From: Candidatus Sigynarchaeum calidifontis
Lineage (GTDB): Archaea; Asgardarchaeota; Lokiarchaeia; Sigyniarchaeales; Sigyniarchaeaceae
Direction of reading: 5' to 3'
Length of the DNA: 22,486 bases
Assembly: GCA_030587475.2 (NCBI GenBank)
Contig: JAUQYZ020000242.1
Span: 1-22,486, forward strand
How positions within the stretch are numbered: the stretch's first letter is position 1; the number at the start of each line of letters is the position of its first letter. Under the pieces are notes generated by a model, which saw nothing but the letters and a program-made list of their open reading frames with translations, was not told where the DNA came from and did no database searches. Position numbers and translations under genes: made by a program. Below are positions 1 to 7,988 of this stretch, piece after piece.

Positions 1-48
1 CTGGCCACGAAAGTGGCACTTGAAGTCGAGATCCAGATATATGATTAA
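1..48 (+). CDS. Possible 3' end of an upstream gene (…LATKVALEVEIQIYD*), product unknown
   Basis: Frame 1 is open from base 1 to TAA at 46-48 and converges on the stop of the minus-strand gene at 84. Too short to assign. Confidence 0.3.
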   Translation: MATKVALEVEIQIYD

Positions 49-83
49 CCGGTTATATTTCTGGTAATGATTGATGCCGTCCA

Positions 84-1658
84 TCACGATCCAGCGACGG
101 GCATCTCGGCTTTGCAGTTGGGGCAGCGGTTGATGCCCTTCCGGACGGAAAGCCCGCATCTCGGGCAATATCGCGCTTTTTGCGTGCGGTCCTCGAGCGT
201 GGTGGAACTGAGCGACTGCGCGCGAGCCTTTTCCGATGGCGATTTCATGCTCGCCACCACCTTTGCACGCTTCCGGGCCGCGAGGTCGAAGAATAGCACG
301 GCGACCAATGATGCTTCGAGTGGCACGATAAACGTGGTAAGCCCGCTGGTCACGATCTCGAGAAATATCAAGTTTCCGAGGTTCCCGAAAGGATCCATGC
401 GCCATGCCTTGATGACCGCGATCCCGCCGACACCTTGTATCACCCCGTCTATCACGTATTGCAAGAGAAGCTGGACGAAAAATGGAACGAAGTAGATTAT
501 CAAGGTATAACCAAATGCCCGCCAGAAATTACCACTGACGCGGTTCTTTGCCTCGCCGAAATTCTGCAAGGTCTTGTACTTGCCGACAAATAGCAAGTTG
601 GGGAAGGCAAAGATGCAATAAGTGTAGAAGATCAAGCCAGGTATGAATAATAAAAGCGGGAGAATTAAAATATTATAGAACAAGGAGAAGATGATGGAGA
701 TCAAGACGAGTGGCGGGATGTTAGACCGTGTTTCTCTTAAAATTGTTGAAATCCGAGAATCCCCGCCGGTATAGGACTTCATGACTAGGGTTATGCAAAT
801 CCCGAGCATGGCAAAGTAGAAGCTCGACTTGAACACATCCTGGACGACGACAAAAACGTTTTGAACGTTGTAGAGAACCTGGGCGCGGCTGTAAATGTCG
901 CTAGGGATTGGCATCCCGGGGGTGTAGTTATACTGGGCTAACCATGTCATCAAGGCTTGTTCTTCGCCGAGCAAGTACGCGTGCCACGAGGACATGATGA
1001 ATACATACAACACGCTCGACACGATCGTGATCCCGAACATCAGCACCACGATCGCGCCGTAATTTCGTTCAAAGCACGATAACGCGCGTTGCCAAAAAAC
1101 CTTGAATGTCATCGGTGTATTGAGGTCTTCTGCCGACCGCGTTTGCTTCGGGGCCTCGGGATCGCGGAGTTCGGAGGCACCATACAATCCAGCCCAGCTC
1201 GCACCAAGAACCACGAGATCTGTGAATAAAAGAAAGAGAGAGGCGGATCTGAAAATCGCGGCAGCGCCACTCGCGACGATCGCCAAAAAACCAACGGTCG
1301 TTGCAATTGCAGCGCATAAACTCGCGATCCCGCTCGTCTTCACGATCTTGCGCGGTATATAGTTGCCCCGGAGCGGCTGGGTGATCGAATGGTATACTGA
1401 GAGCATCCATGCGATCGCGATGCATGCACTGAGCCATATCCCCGGGATCAAGGCCAACGCGGGATCGACCGTCGAGCTCGTGAGCATGCCACTCATCAAA
1501 GAAACGATATACAAGAGCAAAGCAAAGCTAGCAAAGAACGTGATGATCCCGATGCCGAGATGGAAATTGCGTCCACTCTCGAAGGCTTTTACACCATCCT
1601 TTCGGTTCGCCACGCGTTTTGCTTGAATTTCTTTCGACGTCTGTTCTACACCGCGCAC
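84..1658 (-). CDS. Multi-pass membrane protein with C-terminal zinc ribbon
   Basis: 524-aa ORF with many hydrophobic segments in two blocks separated by a polar linker (ELRDPEAPKQTRSAED). It ends in CPRC-x10-CPNC. The GTG start lies 14 nt after the upstream stop; the exact start is uncertain. Confidence 0.85.
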   Translation of the reverse strand: MRGVEQTSKEIQAKRVANRKDGVKAFESGRNFHLGIGIITFFASFALLLYIVSLMSGMLTSSTVDPALALIPGIWLSACIAIAWMLSVYHSITQPLRGNYIPRKIVKTSGIASLCAAIATTVGFLAIVASGAAAIFRSASLFLLFTDLVVLGASWAGLYGASELRDPEAPKQTRSAEDLNTPMTFKVFWQRALSCFERNYGAIVVLMFGITIVSSVLYVFIMSSWHAYLLGEEQALMTWLAQYNYTPGMPIPSDIYSRAQVLYNVQNVFVVVQDVFKSSFYFAMLGICITLVMKSYTGGDSRISTILRETRSNIPPLVLISIIFSLFYNILILPLLLFIPGLIFYTYCIFAFPNLLFVGKYKTLQNFGEAKNRVSGNFWRAFGYTLIIYFVPFFVQLLLQYVIDGVIQGVGGIAVIKAWRMDPFGNLGNLIFLEIVTSGLTTFIVPLEASLVAVLFFDLAARKRAKVVASMKSPSEKARAQSLSSTTLEDRTQKARYCPRCGLSVRKGINRCPNCKAEMPVAGS

Positions 1659-1672
1659 GTTTTTTCGTGGAG

Positions 1673-3793
1673 CTATTTCGTTGCTTGTATGAAGTAAAGG
1701 ATATTATTAACGACCTCGCTCACGAGCGTGCCGGAAGCGACAAGTTGCTTTAACTTGATTTTTGCCAGATTCCTTTCGAAATCATCCTTGATATTGGCAC
1801 TCGATAGGATTTCCTCGATGCTTTGCCACTTGGTGGTGGAGATGACCGCGAGCAATTTACCTTCGAGATCCGTGCGCGGCGTGCTCGTCATGTCGCGAGT
1901 TTCACGTGCATCACTTCCAGCCACGAAAGATGACATCCTGCTCTCGAGCTCGTGGAGCTCGATGCAATCGACATTGATCGCTGCCCTGTCCAGATTCGGA
2001 TGGAGGCGCTGCCCGACGATATATTTCACGCCAACCTTTTCTGCATTGGCAGCGAGCCTGGGCGAGATGATGCCATCAGTGACGATTGCGCCGGCAGGTT
2101 GTGAAATCGTTTCCAAGACCGGGACGAGATCTGGCACGGCGATGGTTTTAAACACCTTCAAATCTGGCCCGAGTATCGACGCTTGCATCTTCCCTGAAAT
2201 CCCGGCAGCGGCTTGCGCGAGCATCTTGATATCAGACCCGCTGATCCGAGCTGCTGGGAGTTGCGCCCGAGAGGCTGGACGTGCACCATGTTGCCTTGCC
2301 GCCTGCCATTGCTGTGCCGGATAGCGGCCGGGGCGTTCGGCCGGTCGGCGTCGACCCAGCTGTCGCCTCACGCCCTTTGGGCGGTAACGTTCGTCATTTT
2401 CCACTATCATCTGTCTCTCGATGTCAGTCTCACGGGTGATAGACATCATCCGGTCGAAGAGGATGAGGCACTCGTTCTGCTCGATATATTCCCATTCCAT
2501 TTCAGCATCCAGGGCCTTGATCCATCGCTTGACATCTGCCATCGGCATGGACAGCGCCTTGCTGATCTCTGCGAGTAAAATCTCGCCGCGCTCCTCGGCG
2601 ACACGGTCGAGGAATTCGATCAACTTTTGCCGGGTAGCAATGACTTTCTGTTGCTCCGCTGCTTTCGCGTTTAGCCGTGCTTGTGATTGCTCGACCCGCT
2701 GGACAAGATCGGGGATCGCGGACCGTCGCACGGCTTCGAGAAGCTCCCCAGCGCGTCCCAGATCCCCTCGTTCGATCGCATCGTCGGCTTGGCGTATCTT
2801 GCTCTCGGCTCGTTCTCGATCTTTCCAGTCGACCCCTGGTTTCGGGGAAATTTGCGATACCTTTTGTATGCTTCCCGCGTCGACCCGCGTGATCTTCAAG
2901 ACGCCATCAAGGCAGCCGAGTACAAGCAAAAGAAGCCTCTTGTTAAAGGCGAGCGCCGTGATCTTGAACTCGTGTGCCTCGAACGTGGCGATCGTGTCGA
3001 TGAACGACAAGTCCGGCCGGAACGAGACCGCGTGTACCAAGCCCGATTTCATGCCCAGGAATAACATCCGCGTGTCCCTTTCGACGTGGATGGCCGATAT
3101 CTCGTCTCGTTTCTCCAGGGAATGTACCTTGTTATCTTTCGTGGTACACGAGACGATGGTACCGCTTTTACAAAGGATGATGCATCCAAAAATGTCCACG
3201 TCGATCTTGAGACCAATGGCTTGCACGGGGGTGTCATCGATCATGATCGGCCACGATCTCTTTTCGACCAGGTTGAGATCGAGCACTTTTATCGCCGTGC
3301 TGCCTTGTTCATGGTATAAAACGATGATTGCATTTTCCAGGGCGCAAACCGCAAGCACGTTTCCTGGCCATTCTTTAGTGACCGTCGCGGGCTTGCCGGG
3401 TTCGAACACCGCGATCGTGGCATCTTGATACCAGACAAGGAATCGCGCATCGTTTTTTTTAGCTGTTGGGATCGCCACGATGCCACGGGGGTGCGGGTAC
3501 TTGTCCTTGATGCGCGTGCAGTCGAACCTGGATCCCCGGATCGTCCACACGCGCACTTCCCCTTCAGCAGAGACGCTAGCAATCGTGTCGGGCAACAACC
3601 ACGCGTGGCTCACGACGGGTTCCGCGTGGCCGGATAACACGTGTTTCTGCTCGCCATCGGGTGAAATGATGACGATATCAGGGCTACCTTCAACGATGAC
3701 GGAGAACAGAGGTTGCTTCTCGTCTTCATTCCAGGCGATTTGCTTCACGGACTCGGGAAACTCCCGCTCCTTGAGCACTTGGAATCCTGGCAT
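1673..3793 (-). CDS. WD40-repeat multidomain protein (beta-propeller, helical/PCI-like winged helix, Arg-rich linker, DnaG-CTD-like domain, C-terminal winged helix)
   Basis: WD40-like repeats LSGHAEPVVSHAW…IASVSAEGEVRVWT and FEAHEFKITALAF…LVLGCLDGVLKIT. The start is placed at ATG 3793 (MPGFQVL), which has a GGAGTG SD-like motif about 9 nt upstream. The ORF track extends it to 3856. Confidence 0.85.
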   Translation of the reverse strand: MPGFQVLKEREFPESVKQIAWNEDEKQPLFSVIVEGSPDIVIISPDGEQKHVLSGHAEPVVSHAWLLPDTIASVSAEGEVRVWTIRGSRFDCTRIKDKYPHPRGIVAIPTAKKNDARFLVWYQDATIAVFEPGKPATVTKEWPGNVLAVCALENAIIVLYHEQGSTAIKVLDLNLVEKRSWPIMIDDTPVQAIGLKIDVDIFGCIILCKSGTIVSCTTKDNKVHSLEKRDEISAIHVERDTRMLFLGMKSGLVHAVSFRPDLSFIDTIATFEAHEFKITALAFNKRLLLLVLGCLDGVLKITRVDAGSIQKVSQISPKPGVDWKDRERAESKIRQADDAIERGDLGRAGELLEAVRRSAIPDLVQRVEQSQARLNAKAAEQQKVIATRQKLIEFLDRVAEERGEILLAEISKALSMPMADVKRWIKALDAEMEWEYIEQNECLILFDRMMSITRETDIERQMIVENDERYRPKGVRRQLGRRRPAERPGRYPAQQWQAARQHGARPASRAQLPAARISGSDIKMLAQAAAGISGKMQASILGPDLKVFKTIAVPDLVPVLETISQPAGAIVTDGIISPRLAANAEKVGVKYIVGQRLHPNLDRAAINVDCIELHELESRMSSFVAGSDARETRDMTSTPRTDLEGKLLAVISTTKWQSIEEILSSANIKDDFERNLAKIKLKQLVASGTLVSEVVNNILYFIQATK

Positions 3794-3871
3794 GTGCACG
3801 CGCACTCCGCACGACAACACGAGTCGATCCAATATGGAAGGACGAATACCACGCAAAAAAAGGTTATCGGC

Positions 3872-4753
3872 TTACCAGAGATCTGTCCGGATCTTGTCCA
3901 GGGACTTGCTGATGATCTTCTGGCCGAGTTTCTTGTCGAACTTGAACTCGATGATCTGTTTTATCACGTCGATATTCTTCGGGTCGAGCTTGTAATTGAA
4001 TTTATCACGGGTATACGCGGGGATATCTTCCTCGTATAATTTTTCAACATTTTTCAGAAGCTTGACGAATTCATCTATGATCTTTGATATCTTGACTAGC
4101 TCTTTCCGCAAGAACACGATCTGGGACGTGCGATCAGGAAGCTGCGTGGCCTCGTTGAGCAGGTCGCTCTCGAACCGCGTGTTCAAGCCCTCCTGGAAGG
4201 GTGAACGCATGATAGCCTTGTAAAGGGGAACGACGATGAGCGCGTTGTGCCGGCGGACTTTCCTGTCCTTCAAGTCATCCCTGGAGATCTTTTCACCAGT
4301 GATGACGAGGTCGTCTGATTCCATGTCACGAAGGAGCATCACCGTCTTGTCGACTCGCTCGTAGAGGTCGAACGTGTCGAGGAACAGGATGGGGATTCCG
4401 ACGAGGATGGCACGTAAGATGATCGCGAAGATATCTGGCCCGATGGTGTTCACCATGTCAGGAACCGAGAAATCTTTCAGCCCCTCCCCTTTCTTATCGG
4501 CAGCGACCTTTTCCCTCGGCGGTCCGACCTTGAACTCGATATCCGCGTTCTGGTATCCCCGCACCACGAACTTCTTGTCAACGAACGCCATGAACGAGTG
4601 TTCCGGGCAACAAGCACCTTGAGGGATCTGGACTTTCAAAACACCATCTTGGGATTCGTTCACGAGAAACACGGGGATCTCGATGCTTTTCTCCTTCCGG
4701 CAAGTTGGGCAAATGACTTTTATAGGTTTGACTTCAACCGTCAATCTACTCAC
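3872..4753 (-). CDS. Hypothetical protein with N-terminal Zn-binding module (CPTC…CCPEHSF…FVDKKFVVRGYQ)
   Basis: 293-aa ORF with a GTG start. CxxC plus CxxH supply metal ligands. The module resembles one I recall from Lokiarchaeia hypothetical proteins (not verified). Confidence 0.85.
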   Translation of the reverse strand: MSRLTVEVKPIKVICPTCRKEKSIEIPVFLVNESQDGVLKVQIPQGACCPEHSFMAFVDKKFVVRGYQNADIEFKVGPPREKVAADKKGEGLKDFSVPDMVNTIGPDIFAIILRAILVGIPILFLDTFDLYERVDKTVMLLRDMESDDLVITGEKISRDDLKDRKVRRHNALIVVPLYKAIMRSPFQEGLNTRFESDLLNEATQLPDRTSQIVFLRKELVKISKIIDEFVKLLKNVEKLYEEDIPAYTRDKFNYKLDPKNIDVIKQIIEFKFDKKLGQKIISKSLDKIRTDLW

Positions 4754-5024
4754 CCGGCTTCATTTCCGGTTATCGAAGATGCCATCACGACACATCATGC
4801 CGGTGATCACGCATCGAATGGCCGGCGGTTCGGGACCCTAATGATTTCCTCGACACGACACTACTAAAATATGATCTACCACGTCTGATTAATAACCTTA
4901 TTGCGTGATATTCTCCACGAGATACAGCTTTCACAACTGAGATCTATTTGATTTCGCTTTCACATTTCTTTTGTAAAGATTTACAACAAGTGTTCTTTCC
5001 TGCAAGGGTCAATCGATTCATCGA

Positions 5025-5051
5025 TAAAGAAAAGGAAGCAAAATAACTGAA
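5025..5051 (-). terminator. Putative archaeal oligo-U terminator after nurA
   Basis: The minus strand reads TTCAGTTATTTTGCTTCCTTTTCTTTA immediately after the nurA stop. Confidence 0.4.
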
Positions 5052-5052
5052 T

Positions 5053-6228
5053 TCAAGGCAACACGTAACTTCTGAGATTATTTATCAAATGCCGAGTGCG
5101 TGGATCTTTCTCCGTGCATAAATATTGAACATCCAATCGACGCCACTCGAGATCATTTAGCTGGCTTGCTTTATGGGCGTGCTCAAGACATACTGGATAT
5201 CCGGTTGGGCAGAATGGTATTAATAATTTAAGGATGCCGATTGCATCTGCAGGATCTAGAAAAGCAGGGATGTCAAACCGAAGAGCAGGCATATCCCGGT
5301 GAACAAGACGAACGAGAAATGTATGACTTTTCGAATGATCTTGCTTGATACCAATGATGAACGGCTTGTCTTTTGTTATTTCAGAGATTGCAGGAAGGAG
5401 AAACACGCCTGTATTTTTCTCGCGCAATCTACATGTTTTAGAGAATGTATAATATTTTAACCCGTAATGCTTGCAGAATTCAGAAAAAAACGTTATCACT
5501 GCTGCGGGATTGACGATGTGCGAACGAAATGCCGAGATACCATCACCAAGAAAGATAATGTCTTTATCGGGGTTTTCTTCCTTTATTTTCTTCATCCGTA
5601 GAAATGTGTTGAGAAGCTCGTCCAACATCCGAATGCGATCCGCCACGTATCCATCGGAGGGTGTGATTTTCTTCCACTCATCACTCGTTGACGTGGGCAA
5701 AAACTTAATCCGCCATGCCCGAATCGCTTTCACGTGAGGTTCGAGTGGCGTCCCCTTAAATCCCAATTCCAGATTTTTCACGAAATTTTCCACGGCTTCG
5801 GCATAAACAATGAATTTCTGATAACTATCCTCAATATATCCAACGGAAGGTTCGTAAATATAATCTTGAATTTTATATTTACCGTTTTCGAAACAAACGT
5901 GGCTTTCTGCAAACTTGAAACACGAAACACGAGCATATGTGCCGATCTTCGATTGCTGGCTTTCATCGAATCCAACGACAATCCCGCCTCGTTTAAAGAA
6001 GCTTGTATCCACGCCATCGATGGGCTTGGCCTTCTCGATCATGTCTTTTATAACCAATTCCGTGTCTTCTTTCTCCACCTCTTCCGGATCCGTATATCGT
6101 TCGCCAAGTTCTTTTGCTTCTTTCATCCATTCGATATGTTTCTTTTTTAGCTCTTCGATCTGGTCAGGGAGGACAGCTTTTTCGATCGAGTCTTTCAATT
6201 CGATTAATTTTAATTGTTTTAATGTCAT
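5053..6228 (-). CDS. nurA: NurA-family nuclease (RNase H-like fold)
   Basis: NurA-type motifs IVVGFDES (catalytic Asp), RMLDEL, IIFLGDG, FSKT and C-terminal GYPVCLEHAH (GYPxxLxxAH). It lies directly downstream of herA. Confidence 0.82.
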   Translation of the reverse strand: MTLKQLKLIELKDSIEKAVLPDQIEELKKKHIEWMKEAKELGERYTDPEEVEKEDTELVIKDMIEKAKPIDGVDTSFFKRGGIVVGFDESQQSKIGTYARVSCFKFAESHVCFENGKYKIQDYIYEPSVGYIEDSYQKFIVYAEAVENFVKNLELGFKGTPLEPHVKAIRAWRIKFLPTSTSDEWKKITPSDGYVADRIRMLDELLNTFLRMKKIKEENPDKDIIFLGDGISAFRSHIVNPAAVITFFSEFCKHYGLKYYTFSKTCRLREKNTGVFLLPAISEITKDKPFIIGIKQDHSKSHTFLVRLVHRDMPALRFDIPAFLDPADAIGILKLLIPFCPTGYPVCLEHAHKASQLNDLEWRRLDVQYLCTEKDPRTRHLINNLRSYVLP

Positions 6229-6254
6229 AAACCATCATTTTTTTATAATATAAA

Positions 6255-7982
6255 TTATATCAAGGGCATGCTCGTCCCGTGGGGCTTGTACTTTGAATAA
6301 ACGAGTTTTCGTTTCTCGAAAAATTCCTTGTAACGTGGTACCAAGATCTTTTGCGATTTCGTTAACCAATTGCCATCAAGCTGAGAAACCCCGAGAGTTC
6401 CCTCGAGTGCTTTGAGGTCATTAACGGTTATCGAGTTTGCAGCATTATCGACCAGGCTCCGGCGTTCCTTGTCACTCCCGACGGGCAAGTTGATGTGAGT
6501 GTTGATATTCGAAATGATCGCGTTATCGAGCGTGCTCATTTGTTGGCTGATAACCGCAAGGCAGATGTTGAATTTCCTGCCTTGCCTCGCGATATCCTTG
6601 AAAATATTTTGACCCTCCATCATTTCGGGATTTAATATCGAAGGGGCCTCTTCGATCGTGAACATGACCACGGGCATCTCCTTGGGATCCTTCAAGTCAT
6701 CGCCGGTTCGGATATATTTATCCAGTTTGGTCTTGTACTTGTCCCAGAAAGCATCAGGAAGTCGATCTTGTAATTGAGCCTTGAATTCTGCCATGTTAGT
6801 AGAAGCTTTTAACGCCTTGCGGATCTCGAAAATTATGCTTGCCACGACCGTGTTAAAGAGGAACATTTCGAAATCATTAATTAGAGAACAGTTAAAATCG
6901 AGCACCTTGCCAGATTCGAGGAGATCAACGATTTCCGGCAACACGGAAGGTTTTTTACTAGCTTTCAAGAATAACTTTGACCGCTCGAAAGATCTTAACC
7001 GGCGCCGGACCGCGGGGACGGTTTCCGCGTGATGCCCCGCAGATTTCATTGTATCATATAATATGTTTTCAATCCACTTTCCAGGCGCTGCGGATGCCTC
7101 GGAGAAGAGAACCTCGGCCTGGTTTGGATTGAATTTCTTCACGTTTAACAAATCATCGGGACTTATCTCCTCCCAATTGATGGTACATTCGAGAGACACG
7201 CTTGACAAGTGCGCTGGGGGTTTTGTCCCACCAGGATACAAATAATAATAACTGCCAAAAATCTCCTTTCTTACTACAGGATCCAGGAGATCGGCAAGAT
7301 GGTACAGGCCCCGACCTTCAGTGCCCATCGTATAATCGTCATGTGGATCGATCGCGAGAATTGCGACCCGGGGCGTGTTGGCAAGACCACTATAAATAAC
7401 TTCGAGATTATGATCAACGACCCCGTGAACCATCACTTGCATCAAGTTAGTTTTTCCAGAACCAGTCGTTCCCACGATAGATAAATGCACGGGTAAACGG
7501 TCAACAGGGATATAAATGCTTGTATCATCATGGAGCAATTGGCCAATGAAGATGCCACGAGCTTGCTCGAATAAATGTTGCAAGAGGAGGGGGACATCGG
7601 TTTGATCGTCGGCGACTTCCGCGGCGTGCGGTGCGAGTTCACCGCGCTTCAACATCTTCTCTATCTCTATGAAGACATTCCTTTTCTTGATGTCCTTGAT
7701 TCCACCATTTTCATGTTCGATAATGAGGATTGGAGATGTAAACACCACGTATTTCAATCCTGTTTGCAACAACGTCAATAAATATTCATTTATGGCCATG
7801 TTCGCGGTTTGCCGCCGGAGTTCCACGTATTCTTCGACAGTCATGGCTTGTTCGTTCATGCACAATATAGTATACTTCGGGTTGTCCTTTGGACACACGA
7901 TTTTGATATAGCTGTGCACGGGCTGATATTGATCGATGTTGATTTCGAACGTGCGCTCCTGGGTGTTGATATTGATGATCAT
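6255..7982 (-). CDS. herA: HerA/FtsK-superfamily ATPase (DUF87 helicase HerA)
   Basis: Walker A HLSIVGTTGSGKTN, AIDPHDDY, Walker B FTIEEAP, arginine-finger motif IARQGRKF, and ISQQ…IISNINT. Confidence 0.92.
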   Translation of the reverse strand: MIININTQERTFEINIDQYQPVHSYIKIVCPKDNPKYTILCMNEQAMTVEEYVELRRQTANMAINEYLLTLLQTGLKYVVFTSPILIIEHENGGIKDIKKRNVFIEIEKMLKRGELAPHAAEVADDQTDVPLLLQHLFEQARGIFIGQLLHDDTSIYIPVDRLPVHLSIVGTTGSGKTNLMQVMVHGVVDHNLEVIYSGLANTPRVAILAIDPHDDYTMGTEGRGLYHLADLLDPVVRKEIFGSYYYLYPGGTKPPAHLSSVSLECTINWEEISPDDLLNVKKFNPNQAEVLFSEASAAPGKWIENILYDTMKSAGHHAETVPAVRRRLRSFERSKLFLKASKKPSVLPEIVDLLESGKVLDFNCSLINDFEMFLFNTVVASIIFEIRKALKASTNMAEFKAQLQDRLPDAFWDKYKTKLDKYIRTGDDLKDPKEMPVVMFTIEEAPSILNPEMMEGQNIFKDIARQGRKFNICLAVISQQMSTLDNAIISNINTHINLPVGSDKERRSLVDNAANSITVNDLKALEGTLGVSQLDGNWLTKSQKILVPRYKEFFEKRKLVYSKYKPHGTSMPLI

Positions 7983-7988
7983 TTTTCT

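Noticed and set aside
1946-2233. Calling the WD40 gene dnaG primase
   Set aside because: Only the C-terminal-like segment is present. No TOPRIM motifs (EGxxD, DxD) were found.
2421-3428. 335-aa plus-strand ORF (and 1728-2324, 3480-3995)
   Set aside because: These are antisense shadows of the WD40 gene, Ser/Arg-rich and without motifs.
4598-4867. 89-aa plus-strand ORF at the island edge
   Set aside because: It mostly overlaps the 293-aa gene in antisense and has no recognisable features.
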